Shown: in pieces, positions 39,175 to 49,393 of the stretch
Numbering within the stretch: the first letter of the stretch is position 1
Layout: every line of letters begins with the position of its first letter
Assembly (NCBI GenBank): GCA_038064515.1
Contig: JBBTSY010000004.1
Location: 32,585-96,584, forward strand
Reading direction: 5' to 3'
From: Patescibacteria group bacterium
Lineage (GTDB): Bacteria > Patescibacteriota > Minisyncoccia > 2-02-FULL-40-12 > GWA2-44-9
DNA length: 64,000 bases
Notes under the pieces: generated by a model
Told to the model about the DNA's origin: nothing
The model's input: only the letters and a program-made list of their open reading frames with translations
The model's database searches: none
Translations under genes and position numbers: made by a program

Positions 39175-40257
39175 TTAGAAGAATTTACCGATATCTTTTA
39201 TGGTAATAAACGCCATTAGTGCGAGAAGCAGGATAAAGCCTGAAGCATTAATGACGCCCTCCACCTTTTTATTAAGAGTGACACCGCGAATTTTTTCAAC
39301 AATGAGAAGGAAGGCGCGACCGCCATCAAGCGCCGGAAATGGGATGATATTAAGCACCGCCAAGTTTACCGAGATCATTGCCATAAACTGTAATAGGAAA
39401 TTAAAGCCCACTCGCGCCGCTTGGCCGGTAAGATTTGCAATTCCTATCGGCCCGGAAACGTCGGCTAAAAGCTTACCATGGAAGAGAAGAGTTTTGAAGA
39501 GTAGTCCGTATCCGTACACCGTATTAATGACGAGGCCTACGCTGTCATACACGCCCCGCCAAACGGATTCATACCATGGGTAAGAATAGATGCCGGTTAA
39601 AATTGGGGCGATACCGAGCGGTCCCTGTCCAGCCGGAGGATTGGCACGCAACCCGACCTCTTTCTGCAATTCTTCGCCGCCTCGCTGTAAAATTATTGTA
39701 ACTTTTTCCCCTTTATGCTGATTTACAAAATTGGAGACATCTTTTGAGTCGGTGATTGCAACTGTGCCGCCATTCGATAAACGAAACGCCTTGATCTCAT
39801 CAAGAATGCGCAAATCAGCCGCCTGGGCCGGACTATCCGGGGAAATCTGATAAATTTGCACTTGCAGATCGCTCGCGAGAGAGAGGGCGCTATTTTCTAC
39901 CACCTTCCGAAGACCGATAAAATTACCGATCATGAGGAGCAGGATGGCAAAGAGAAAGTTCATCGTTACGCCGGCAATAACAACTTTCATGCGCGGCCAG
40001 AATGGTTTCGATCCAAAGCTTCGAGGATTATCGCGTTCCTCGCCATCTTCTCCCAGAATTTTTACAAAACCGCCGAATGGTATCCAATTAATGGAATAAA
40101 TCGTTTCCCCGCGCTTAAAGCCCCAAAGTCGCGGAGGAAATCCAAATCCAAATTCTTCTACCTTCATGCCGGCGCGCTTGGCAAATACAAAATGACCAAA
40201 TTCGTGAACAAACACAAGCACACTGATAACTGCAATAAAAATTATGGTAGTGAACAT
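39175..40257 (-). CDS. rseP: Site-2 protease with PDZ domain (M50)
   Basis: HEFGH, NIIPFPALDGG. Confidence 0.93.
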   Translation of the reverse strand: MFTTIIFIAVISVLVFVHEFGHFVFAKRAGMKVEEFGFGFPPRLWGFKRGETIYSINWIPFGGFVKILGEDGEERDNPRSFGSKPFWPRMKVVIAGVTMNFLFAILLLMIGNFIGLRKVVENSALSLASDLQVQIYQISPDSPAQAADLRILDEIKAFRLSNGGTVAITDSKDVSNFVNQHKGEKVTIILQRGGEELQKEVGLRANPPAGQGPLGIAPILTGIYSYPWYESVWRGVYDSVGLVINTVYGYGLLFKTLLFHGKLLADVSGPIGIANLTGQAARVGFNFLLQFMAMISVNLAVLNIIPFPALDGGRAFLLIVEKIRGVTLNKKVEGVINASGFILLLALMAFITIKDIGKFF

Positions 40258-40263
40258 CAGTGG

Positions 40264-40824
40264 TTAGGAATTCATCAACTCATTCTCTTTTCTTTTTACT
40301 AACTCGTCGAATTTTTTATTGAGATCGTCGATGATTTTCTGGAGTTCTTCCTTTGCTTTGCGATCATCGTCGTCCCGAGCTTTTTTCTCCTTAATTTCCG
40401 CCGTAACTTTTTTGAGGATATCTTCTCGGATCTGGCGAACGCGAATTTTTACTTCTTCAATTCTTTGATGAAGAATTTTAATAAATTCTTTGCGCCGCTC
40501 TTCGGTAAGCGGTGGAATGTTTAGACGAACAGCAGTACTGTCGACAACCGGATTAAGCCCAAGGCTAGTCGTATCCTTAATCGCTTTTTCAATAGCGGGC
40601 AATGCTCCCTTGTCCCAGGGCTGAATGACGAGCGTACGAGGTTCGGGAGTATTAATTGTGGCAATTTCCTTAATTCGCAGTTTGCTTCCGAGATATTCAA
40701 CATAGATATCTTCAACGAGAGAAGGACTGGCGCGACCCGTGCGAATCCCGCCGGCCTCACTCTTGGCAAAATCAAGTGCGGCATCAAAATCTTTCCGGCG
40801 CCGCAGGATTAAGTCTTTATACAT
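40264..40824 (-). CDS. frr: Ribosome recycling factor
   Basis: IRTGRASP, IQPWD, PPLTEERRKE. Confidence 0.96.
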   Translation of the reverse strand: MYKDLILRRRKDFDAALDFAKSEAGGIRTGRASPSLVEDIYVEYLGSKLRIKEIATINTPEPRTLVIQPWDKGALPAIEKAIKDTTSLGLNPVVDSTAVRLNIPPLTEERRKEFIKILHQRIEEVKIRVRQIREDILKKVTAEIKEKKARDDDDRKAKEELQKIIDDLNKKFDELVKRKENELMNS

Positions 40825-40863
40825 GCGCCAAGCCTATCATTAAAAAGTATTGATTTCAATCAG

Positions 40864-41715
40864 TTATTGATTAAGGAGAAAGGTCTCCAAAGCGAGACGA
40901 TGATTGTATTGCGGTTGAGAAATAATATGTTTAAGTCTCAAAAGTCCCTTGATGGCACGATGCGCTTTTTCGTCATCGCGCAGATGCGCATGAGCCCATC
41001 GTAACCAGTAGTCTACGGCGTGAGCATATTCCTCTTTCTCGTAGAGTTTCTTGGCATATTGAAGCCGCTCCGCCACACCCTGGCTTGATACTTTTCGAAA
41101 ATCACGAATTGCCGTTCGAACATCATCAATTGATCCCGATTCGATCGTACGGATAGCCCAACCCAGCCTTCCATTTGCAATTTCAGTAACCAGCGCGCTC
41201 GTTTCATTATCTGCTTTCTTTGAGGCGAGCATTTTTTTAATAACCTCATCAGTATGCGGTAAAAATGGAACTTCCTGACATCGAGAAGTAATCGTAGGAA
41301 GCAGCTGTTTGGGCTGTGAGCTAATTAGAAGTAACGTGGAATAAGGCGGGGGTTCCTCTAAAACTTTCAACAGCGCATTAGATGCTTCAATCGTCAGGCG
41401 ATCGGCATCGTCAATAATCACGAACTTATAGGGGCCCGCCAGCGGTTTTCGAGATATAAAAAGATTCACTTCTCGAATATCGTCGATGTAAATTTTCGAC
41501 TCACCCTCATTCACTCGCGGCCCGATTACCAGCCGGTCTGCATCAAGTACCGATGCGGAATCAGGATTGGCTAAACGACAGAGTTCTTGGGCGAATTTTC
41601 TCTTGCCGATCATTTCCGGACCGGAGAAAAGATATGCGTGGAGAAACCGATCTTTTTTAAGAAGATTTTCGAAGTAGCTCTTTTGAAATTCGAATCCGAT
41701 CGTGTGCCAATCCAT
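40864..41715 (-). CDS. holB: DNA polymerase III delta-prime subunit
   Basis: HAYLFSGP, NALLKVLEEPP, LLPTITSRC; the longer 41742 start lies inside a MITE. Confidence 0.9.
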   Translation of the reverse strand: MDWHTIGFEFQKSYFENLLKKDRFLHAYLFSGPEMIGKRKFAQELCRLANPDSASVLDADRLVIGPRVNEGESKIYIDDIREVNLFISRKPLAGPYKFVIIDDADRLTIEASNALLKVLEEPPPYSTLLLISSQPKQLLPTITSRCQEVPFLPHTDEVIKKMLASKKADNETSALVTEIANGRLGWAIRTIESGSIDDVRTAIRDFRKVSSQGVAERLQYAKKLYEKEEYAHAVDYWLRWAHAHLRDDEKAHRAIKGLLRLKHIISQPQYNHRLALETFLLNQ

Positions 41716-41716
41716 A

Positions 41717-41922
41717 GAACCCATCTCAATAATACTTTTCATGCCGAAATTTCAGGATTATGAGCGAAAAGAGTGAAGAGTGAGGAAGCAGAGTGGTACT
41801 CTGCTGACGAGATCTGATCTCTTTGCAGCCAGAATCCTGAAATACATTCAAGCTACTACCTGCAGTATTTCGTCGCCTTCGCTCCTCAATTGCAGGCGAA
41901 AGGGTGTTATTGAGATGGGTTC
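41717..41922. mobile_element. MITE copy 1 (GAACCCATCTCAATAA TIRs) with a 47-bp extra segment
   Basis: Near-identical to 60016-60174. Confidence 0.9.
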
Positions 41923-41928
41923 CACATA

Positions 41929-43062
41929 TTAATAAATACCAGAAAGCACGCGAGAAGCAATAGCATCAGCGGCACCTGGGGTAGCGAAGGTTTTAACTTT
42001 CTGACTTACATCGAGATACCGGGCTGGTTCAAGCAATGATTGGATTTGATTGATGAGAATGTGTGTCGTAATATTAGCTCCTTCCAAAATTGCCAAGCCT
42101 GCTTTGGCGAATTCGATGGCATTGGTTATTTGTTCACCGCGACTGGCTTGCTGTAGCGGAATAATAATGGCAGGCTTCCCTACTTGAGCAATTTCGAAAA
42201 GCGACGCCGCGCCAGACCGAGAAATTATAATATCGCAGGCGGCATAGGCCATTGCCATTTCTTTCACGTTCAAAAACGGATACAATCGATACCGCGATTC
42301 AATAAGGGAACCGTAACTCTCTTTCCCCTCCTTGATAAACGTATCAACAATTGCCCGAACACTCTCATATTGAGAATCGCCGCATTGATGGATAATCTGA
42401 TAATCTTTTACGAGCTCAACAAGTGAGTTTGCGATAATATCATTGATTACTTTTGCCCCTTGGCTGCCGCCGAGAATCAAAAGTGTTTTCGTATTCCCGG
42501 AAAAATTAAATGATTCGAGCGCGGCGCTGCGATCAGCGCCGAATAGATCCATTCGCACCGGATTCCCCACCAGCATCGCTTTCCCCGGAAAATATTTCTC
42601 GGCGGATTTAAAACTTATAAAAACAATGTTTACAAAGCGGGTGACGATCCGGTTTGCCAAGCCAGGGATGGAATCAGACTCATGCAGATATACGGGAATA
42701 AAAAATAATTTTGCGACTAATACGAGAGCTACTGAATCATAACCGCCTTTTGAGAAAACCACATCTGGCATAAACCAAAATAGATACCAAAGTGCCTGAA
42801 TAAAACCAATAGGTATTTTAATCAAATCTAGAAATAGCAATGGACTGGCATATCGTCGGAGTCCGCCAGCTATAATATGCTTAAATGCGAATCCGCCTTC
42901 TTGAGCTGCACGCTCAAGAAAACCGCGATTCGCACCAATAAGGAGTAGACGTACGTTAATATTTTTTTGTTGAGCGTGAGCTTGAAGAGATTTTGCCACA
43001 GCCAAGAGCGGGTAAACATGTCCTCCGCTAGCGCCACCAATAAGAAGTATTCGCTTTTCCAT
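41929..43062 (-). CDS. murG: Lipid II GlcNAc transferase
   Basis: GGASGGHVYP, SKGGY, GNPVR, GGSQGA, SRSGA. Confidence 0.95.
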   Translation of the reverse strand: MEKRILLIGGASGGHVYPLLAVAKSLQAHAQQKNINVRLLLIGANRGFLERAAQEGGFAFKHIIAGGLRRYASPLLFLDLIKIPIGFIQALWYLFWFMPDVVFSKGGYDSVALVLVAKLFFIPVYLHESDSIPGLANRIVTRFVNIVFISFKSAEKYFPGKAMLVGNPVRMDLFGADRSAALESFNFSGNTKTLLILGGSQGAKVINDIIANSLVELVKDYQIIHQCGDSQYESVRAIVDTFIKEGKESYGSLIESRYRLYPFLNVKEMAMAYAACDIIISRSGAASLFEIAQVGKPAIIIPLQQASRGEQITNAIEFAKAGLAILEGANITTHILINQIQSLLEPARYLDVSQKVKTFATPGAADAIASRVLSGIY

Positions 43063-43118
43063 ATGATATTAGTGTATCATCCCTGAAATCTTCTACTATA
43101 CCCTATCTCGATAACATT

Positions 43119-43745
43119 TTATGCCGACGTAGTTCGATCCGGCAACGGCTTCACTTGACCGCGAGCAACCCTCATCTTCAGATCATGGAAGATTTTCCAT
43201 TGAAATACTGCCCCGAGCATGGCTAAACATCCGCCCAGCAGAAACAAATTTTCAAAACCATATCGTTGCGCTAAAAATCCCCCCAATGAGGCGGCAACTG
43301 CCGCAGAAACACCGATCGCCACCGACTCAAACGACCATTCAATATTTTCCTGCATTTTATCGATATGCCGAGTAAAAATAGCAAACCAAGGTGGCACCGC
43401 GAGCGCTAAACTAATGCCGTAAATCGCCTGGATAATATAGATATGATTCGCGGTACGGGCGAAGAAATAGAGAAATGGTACCATGGCGGCCAGCGTGCTA
43501 CCGGCAACAAGCGAGTAAAAATCATCGTACTCACCATGGTTTTTATCGAGATAGTGCGCTACAGGAATTTGAAACACCACTTTGAAAATTTGCGCGATTG
43601 CTGTAGCAAAGCCAACAACTTCTAAAGATCCATTATTGATTTGCTGAGTAATGAAAACGGCGAACACCGGGGCAAAGACAGAAAAACCGGAATTAATGAG
43701 AAAGTCGGAAGTAATGAGAACCCTCACCGTGTGGCTGATTTTCAT
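43119..43745 (-). CDS. Half-size MFS-like transporter
   Basis: 208 aa, about 6 TM helices, MFS-like pattern. Confidence 0.7.
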   Translation of the reverse strand: MKISHTVRVLITSDFLINSGFSVFAPVFAVFITQQINNGSLEVVGFATAIAQIFKVVFQIPVAHYLDKNHGEYDDFYSLVAGSTLAAMVPFLYFFARTANHIYIIQAIYGISLALAVPPWFAIFTRHIDKMQENIEWSFESVAIGVSAAVAASLGGFLAQRYGFENLFLLGGCLAMLGAVFQWKIFHDLKMRVARGQVKPLPDRTTSA

Positions 43746-43765
43746 AACCTTATTGTATCATAAAA

Positions 43766-43864
43766 GCCCCGCCCTCTGGGCACACGAATCAACATTTAGC
43801 CTAAGCAACCGGTGTATCAAGTAAGCTATAGACAATTATTGTTCATGAGCTTAGAGGGCGGGGC
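43766..43864. repeat. Hairpin element with 12-bp perfect IR
   Basis: GCCCCGCCCTCT ... AGAGGGCGGGGC. Confidence 0.65.
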
Positions 43865-43878
43865 CATATTGTTGAAAA

Positions 43879-45048
43879 TTACCGGCCGAGAATCGGCATT
43901 CCGAAGCCGGAATCATTATCTTCTCCTTCCGGGCCGACATCTTGAGTTAATTCTTTAAGTTTTTTGAAAACAGCTTGAGCTGGATACTCTTCATCAACAT
44001 TCCAGATAAGCGCGGCAAGCCCAGAGATATGAGGAGCAGCCATGGACGTGCCCGATAAATTCGCATAACCTTCTTTCCACGTAGATTCGATATTTACGCC
44101 GGGCGCGACAAACTGGAGATCCTTTTCGTTCGCGTCATTATTCTGGGTCGTTTTATTGCTTCCGCGCGAGCTCCAATCGGGAATTTCATTTTGATCATCA
44201 AGTGCGCCTACGCTAACCACACGAACATTTGCCGCGGGGAAATCGATACTACCTTCATAATCGCCATCGTTACCGGCGGCGGCCACTACCAGTACATCGT
44301 GATCACCGGCATAGTCGATTGCTTGATGAATGAGTGGGCTTTCGATATCTGCGCCTAGACTTAGATTGATAATTTGCGCGCCTTCATCGACGGCAGTTCT
44401 TATTGCAACGGCAATATCGTCAGCCCAGCAAGAACCGTTAGCGTCGCAGACGCGATAAACTAAAAGCTTTGCTTCGGGAGCAACACCGTAAATTCCCTTG
44501 CCTTCTTTACCGCCATCCGCGGCGATAATGCCGGCGACATGCGTGCCATGACCATTTTTATCTTCACATTTACCGCTCACTACCGATTGTTTGAGATTGC
44601 TAAAATCCTTACAGTCTTTAAGTCGTTCCGCAAGATCGGGATGATTTTTTGAAATGCCGGTATCAAGCACTGCGATTGCGATACCTTCGCCGCCTAAAGT
44701 TTCAAAGAGTTTGGCATCACCTCGGATAGATGCCACACCCCATGGAATTTGCGCATCAGGAACGCTGTGGCCGACTTGAGCATCAATGGAAGAAGAAACA
44801 TAGAGCCGCTGTACATGCTCTATCTCTACGCCAAAAATTTTTGTAAGACGCAACTGCCAATCGGTAAGATCGGTGGTAAATCCATTATCAAAATTATTGC
44901 GTACATTGAAGCTATTCTTCCAGAGTCCCGCTTTCGATTTGATAAAGTAGCGGTTGTCGTCGGTGTCATTCTTAGCGGCTCGGACTGGGATTGTAGTAGC
45001 GAAAATAAAGGAAAAAACTAATAAACACGCGGTTATTGTTGTTTTCAT
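43879..45048 (-). CDS. S8 subtilisin-like serine protease, secreted
   Basis: LDTG, HGTHVAG, AAAGN, GTSMAAPH. Confidence 0.96.
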   Translation of the reverse strand: MKTTITACLLVFSFIFATTIPVRAAKNDTDDNRYFIKSKAGLWKNSFNVRNNFDNGFTTDLTDWQLRLTKIFGVEIEHVQRLYVSSSIDAQVGHSVPDAQIPWGVASIRGDAKLFETLGGEGIAIAVLDTGISKNHPDLAERLKDCKDFSNLKQSVVSGKCEDKNGHGTHVAGIIAADGGKEGKGIYGVAPEAKLLVYRVCDANGSCWADDIAVAIRTAVDEGAQIINLSLGADIESPLIHQAIDYAGDHDVLVVAAAGNDGDYEGSIDFPAANVRVVSVGALDDQNEIPDWSSRGSNKTTQNNDANEKDLQFVAPGVNIESTWKEGYANLSGTSMAAPHISGLAALIWNVDEEYPAQAVFKKLKELTQDVGPEGEDNDSGFGMPILGR

Positions 45049-45104
45049 ATTTGCAGGTCTATTTTAGCATATTCCAAACCTCCCGTACAGGAATTAATCC
45101 ACAC

Positions 45105-45791
45105 CTATATCCTGTCGTCAGGCCCCCCCATAAAGCGTTTTGCTATCCCCCGAACCCGCTCATTGAAGTGGTGCAGATGATCTTCAAAATCAAACGCTCG
45201 ACTAATCATCGAGCCTGATTTTTTCTCGATCCAAACGATAAGCGCAATCGCGAGAACGACAAAGATGATAAGAAATCCAATCTCCTTCAAGTAGTGGGCG
45301 TAGATTTTATATCCTTCGCCGAAGAATGTGCCAAGCCCAAAGGTGATCACGACCCAGCCAAACGATCCGATAATATTATAGAGTGCAAATTTTTTGATGT
45401 TATACTTGATAGAGCCCGTCATGATGAGCGTAGCAATCGTTAATGAAAGCGTGAATTTCGCAAATAAGATAAGTTTTCCGGTATGCTGATCGAGATAATG
45501 CCGGGCTCGTTCGATAAACCGCCTCCGCTTAGGATTGCGCTGGACAAACCATTCAACTGACTTTGAGCCGCCAAAATATCCAATTGTATACCAAATGAAG
45601 CCGCTCACGACCTCGCCCGCAAAACTCGCCAAAGCGGCGGGAATTAATGAGAGGCCGCCAACAGAAACGAGGAAGCCGGCGATAACGAGCGTGTTAAACC
45701 CTTCCAAAATTGACGCAATAAACAGGAACAGATATTTATGTTCCAGGATGATGGGCGCATGCGTTTGAAGGAAGATAAGAATGGAATCCAT
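45105..45791 (-). CDS. DedA family membrane protein
   Basis: LEG...AGFL, WYTIGYFGG, KFALYNIIG. Confidence 0.85.
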   Translation of the reverse strand: MDSILIFLQTHAPIILEHKYLFLFIASILEGFNTLVIAGFLVSVGGLSLIPAALASFAGEVVSGFIWYTIGYFGGSKSVEWFVQRNPKRRRFIERARHYLDQHTGKLILFAKFTLSLTIATLIMTGSIKYNIKKFALYNIIGSFGWVVITFGLGTFFGEGYKIYAHYLKEIGFLIIFVVLAIALIVWIEKKSGSMISRAFDFEDHLHHFNERVRGIAKRFMGGPDDRI

Positions 45792-46393
45792 TAGATATAG
45801 TGCTTAAGCGCTTCAAAATCTTTTTTCAGGGTATCTTTAGTTGTATTGTTGTAGATTGCCACAGCTGGATGATAGAGCGGTATGATTGTGACTTCTCCAT
45901 ACGTTGTCGTTGCGGCAAATGTTTTCCCATGCATTTGACTGATCGGTCGCAGGACGTTCTGTAAATTAAATTTTTCCATCACATACACCATGGAAAATCT
46001 CCCCAAAGTCGCAATTACTTTCGGCTGAATGATAGTAATCTGCCGATCCAGAAAAGGACCGTATGCTTCAATCTCTTCGGGCACTGGGTCTCGATTGAAC
46101 GGCGGACGATCTTTCACGATATTCGTGATATAGACATCTTTGCGATCAATGCCAACACCCTCCAAGAGCTGATCAAGGATCTTTCCAGCGGCACCCACGA
46201 AGGGCCGACCAGTCTTTGCTTCGTTGCGCCCCGGCGCCTCACCCACAAACATAATAGTAGCATGATGATTACCTTCGCCTATAACCGGATACACGCCACC
46301 CTTTACGCGGTCCGCGTAAAGGGGCGACCCAGTTAAGTTCACCACTTCATCCCGAATATGCCGTAAAAGCTCCGTTTTTTCATCAGTACTCAT
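45791..46393 (-). CDS. Uracil-DNA glycosylase family 4
   Basis: GEAPG, PFVGAAG, YITNIVK, YHPA. Confidence 0.95.
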   Translation of the reverse strand: MSTDEKTELLRHIRDEVVNLTGSPLYADRVKGGVYPVIGEGNHHATIMFVGEAPGRNEAKTGRPFVGAAGKILDQLLEGVGIDRKDVYITNIVKDRPPFNRDPVPEEIEAYGPFLDRQITIIQPKVIATLGRFSMVYVMEKFNLQNVLRPISQMHGKTFAATTTYGEVTIIPLYHPAVAIYNNTTKDTLKKDFEALKHYI

Positions 46394-46402
46394 AGATATA
46401 GC

Positions 46403-47686
46403 TTAGCGAGATTTGCCATAATGAGCAACCAATCCGGCTATTCCCCACCACATGAGTATCCCTTGCTGAAGCGTCCAAAAGAAATGATCAAAGACACCAA
46501 TAAAGATCAGGGAAACGAACATGCCTGCTATGAAGAGCCGCTCGAGATCAAACTTCGCCGCCCGAAAAAAACTGATAATTATCAATGCCAGCCAACTGAT
46601 AAACGCGGCAATACCTAAAATACCCAGCTCCGCATAGATGAGCAGATAAATATTATGAGCCGGCTGGTACAGTTCGCGAGGCAATCCTGGCCGGTACTTC
46701 ATAAGCCAGGGAACAAAATTTCCGATACCCAGGCCCAAACTGATTTTCTGATGGCTATGGAGCGCCTGCGAATTATAATATTGTCGCAGAACGATCGTTT
46801 CATCAGTCGGAGCTATAGTTAAGCGTCCTACAATATCTCCCCAAAATAAAACCGCGAATAACCCGCCTACCGCAACCGTTGTCAGTGCCATGCGCCATAA
46901 CTTTTCAAGATCACCGCGATAGCGCCCAAGCCAAAAAATAATTCCCGCGCTGACAAGTAATACCCAAGCGAAAATAATCGTTCGTGAGAATGTGGCGAAA
47001 AATCCAAAAAGAATAATTGCGTATGTTACATGCCATATCCGATCATTCACCCGTTTTTTGTAGCGGACATAAAGAATATACAAGCTCCCCAAGCCGAGAA
47101 AAAGATACGTCGCCAAAATATTCGGATGCGGCGTTGTGCCATAGGCACGCATTATTTTTTCTCCGGCTTCATTGTAGAAAACCGCCACCCCCCTCATGTC
47201 GGGACGCAACACGCTTTCACCCAAATATTGAAGATTGATATCGGCTTGGCGAATAAATTGCACTATTCCCAATCCGGCCTGAAATACGCCGCCTAACCCA
47301 ACCGCCATCAACATTGCCGCCGGTGATGCGACTTCGAAAGATCTATGTCGCATGTAGAAATACAGGAGGACGCCTTCGGTAAGTTTCCCAAACCGATACC
47401 AACCAATCTCCGGCTTAAGTAATCCTATCAACGATAAGCCCGCTACCAAAACGAACAGCGTGAGCGCCACAGAACTCCACGTGGGCCAGGCAAATGACCC
47501 CCTTTTTTGCCACAGCCAAAGGATCAGGATTACCGCTAAAAGGAGGTCGGTCCCATAGAGCGCAAAAGAAACATACTCATTGAAATACCAGGATGACGAG
47601 TAGAGGATAATGCGGGCTTGAAACGGAATGGCGGCAAGAAAAAAAAGGAGAAAAAACCGCTCAATTTTTTGAAACCACTGTTTCAT
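46403..47686 (-). CDS. O-antigen ligase (WaaL/Wzy_C)-like protein
   Basis: RAYGTTPHPN, TFSR, GLGIGNF, AHNIYL. Confidence 0.9.
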   Translation of the reverse strand: MKQWFQKIERFFLLFFLAAIPFQARIILYSSSWYFNEYVSFALYGTDLLLAVILILWLWQKRGSFAWPTWSSVALTLFVLVAGLSLIGLLKPEIGWYRFGKLTEGVLLYFYMRHRSFEVASPAAMLMAVGLGGVFQAGLGIVQFIRQADINLQYLGESVLRPDMRGVAVFYNEAGEKIMRAYGTTPHPNILATYLFLGLGSLYILYVRYKKRVNDRIWHVTYAIILFGFFATFSRTIIFAWVLLVSAGIIFWLGRYRGDLEKLWRMALTTVAVGGLFAVLFWGDIVGRLTIAPTDETIVLRQYYNSQALHSHQKISLGLGIGNFVPWLMKYRPGLPRELYQPAHNIYLLIYAELGILGIAAFISWLALIIISFFRAAKFDLERLFIAGMFVSLIFIGVFDHFFWTLQQGILMWWGIAGLVAHYGKSR

Positions 47687-47796
47687 CCCGTACAAAGCAG
47701 TACAGAATCGGATATAGCTCCGTACCGGCGATTATAAAATTTACTTGGCATAGCGCAGTTTTGATTAATGAACCCGCTAAGGCTACTTTGTATGGG
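47687..47796. mobile_element. Start-codon palindromic element, subtype 2
   Basis: IRs CCCGTACAAAGCAG / CTACTTTGTATGGG; TTCAT repeats on both sides; ends homologous to 33143-33254. Confidence 0.85.
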
Positions 47797-47801
47797 ATTC
47801 A

Positions 47802-48950
47802 TTATTCTCGAATAAAAAGGATGAATACGATGCCGACAAGAAACATCAGCCCCAGAACATACGTCACCCACGAAGAAATGGTAAAGCTAAATTCGGGATC
47901 ACGATCGCCTTCTTGTTTGGCTTTTCTGAACATGAAGAGCAAAATGACCGCTTCAAGGCCGATGGCAACCGCGCCCACAAGACTGATAATATCAACGGCA
48001 CTTCGCAAGCCACCGACATAGAGGACAAACGGTGGCAGAACTACGAGCGCCCATGCAGTATTCCGCTTAAGACGATAGTCAAGAACAAAGATATCTCTTA
48101 GAGCCGTACCCAGCATGAGGAAAGAGGTGGCAATGGCGCAAACTCCAAAAAATGACCCCAGCAAAACAATCTTGGACCCCAAGGTCTCCATCAATCCTCG
48201 AAGCGCATCATCCGAAGTTGAAAATCCGGAAACGCCTACCACGGTGAATGTAAAAAGCAAATAGAGAAGGCCGGTAAAAATAACGGCAAATATAATGGCC
48301 GGTTTCAGTAGATACTCCTGGCCCTTAAGCATCTGGCGCTGTAACGGAATTGATGTTAGTCCCGCGAAAGCGAAAAGTAAAACGCCGTAGGGCAAGTACC
48401 AGTATGATGGTACTACTGAAAGAAAATTATTCACATCAATGTAGGGCATTCCTACGGCAAACACCGACAAAATTACCGTAACGAATAATCCGGTCAGAAA
48501 AAACTCGATAGCGGCCACGGTTTTAAATCTAAAAGGCAGGATCGAGGCAACGACAAAGAAGAAAGCGATGCTATAAAAATCGCTTCGAAAATAAAAAAAC
48601 TCCGAGAAAAGGTTATTCAAAAATCCGCCCGCATAGTGGATATACACGAGAAGCGCGCCATAGATACCGAGAGCATTGGCAAAAAAGATCAGACGCTTTG
48701 CCCACTTTCCCAGGTATTTATTAGCGTACCCTACGAGCTGATGACGGCGCGTCGTACGCAAAATAATTTCTGCGTAGATAAGGTTGAAAAGAATCGTAAC
48801 CGCTCCGATTAAAAACGCAAGGAGAACGCCGATGAGAAATCCTGACTTCGTAAATGCCAACGGAATACTGAATATGCCGACACCCACCATTGTGCCGATC
48901 AGTATCGCCGTAGCATGGAGAAATGCCTTATTCTTCAAAAGCTCCCACAT
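47802..48950 (-). CDS. Aromatic amino acid (HAAAP-like) permease
   Basis: LIGTMVGVGIFSIP, multi-TM. Confidence 0.85.
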   Translation of the reverse strand: MWELLKNKAFLHATAILIGTMVGVGIFSIPLAFTKSGFLIGVLLAFLIGAVTILFNLIYAEIILRTTRRHQLVGYANKYLGKWAKRLIFFANALGIYGALLVYIHYAGGFLNNLFSEFFYFRSDFYSIAFFFVVASILPFRFKTVAAIEFFLTGLFVTVILSVFAVGMPYIDVNNFLSVVPSYWYLPYGVLLFAFAGLTSIPLQRQMLKGQEYLLKPAIIFAVIFTGLLYLLFTFTVVGVSGFSTSDDALRGLMETLGSKIVLLGSFFGVCAIATSFLMLGTALRDIFVLDYRLKRNTAWALVVLPPFVLYVGGLRSAVDIISLVGAVAIGLEAVILLFMFRKAKQEGDRDPEFSFTISSWVTYVLGLMFLVGIVFILFIRE

Positions 48951-48986
48951 AGGATGATTCTACCACGAAAACCTTCGCTCGCTACC

Positions 48987-49393
48987 ATCTTTTTCATCAC
49001 AACTGCCTCGGTATTTGGAAAGGTTCGCTCGTCTCATCTACACCTCCGTTCCACCTAGTAAAGAAGCTTCCATAAGGAAGCTTCTTTACGTCGAAGCACC
49101 ACTTCGGCTATTCGACTTCGCTTATTTCATCAAATACCTCGCGAAGTGATTCAGAAGACGGGAGCTCGCTTATTTAGTTAGCGGAAAATCAGGCAAATGT
49201 TCTAGACGCATTTAAGAGGTCGAAAGTTCGTTCTGCAACCAGAGTAAATAGAGCGAGGCTGTGCTGTGAGAAAGCATTTCGCAGTCCGAACGGGCATGGT
49301 GTCCCGCTATGGCGGGACGAGTGAGGACGAGAATAGGACAAATCCCCCGCTGGGGGGATTTGATCCGTGGTTTCGAATGGCATAGCCGAGCGG
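48987..49393. repeat. Cluster of nested hairpins (REP/MITE-like)
   Basis: Perfect 14-bp stem at 49058-49089; GGTATTTG/CAAATACC; CCCGCTATGGCGGG; AAATCCCCC...GGGGGATTT. Confidence 0.6.
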
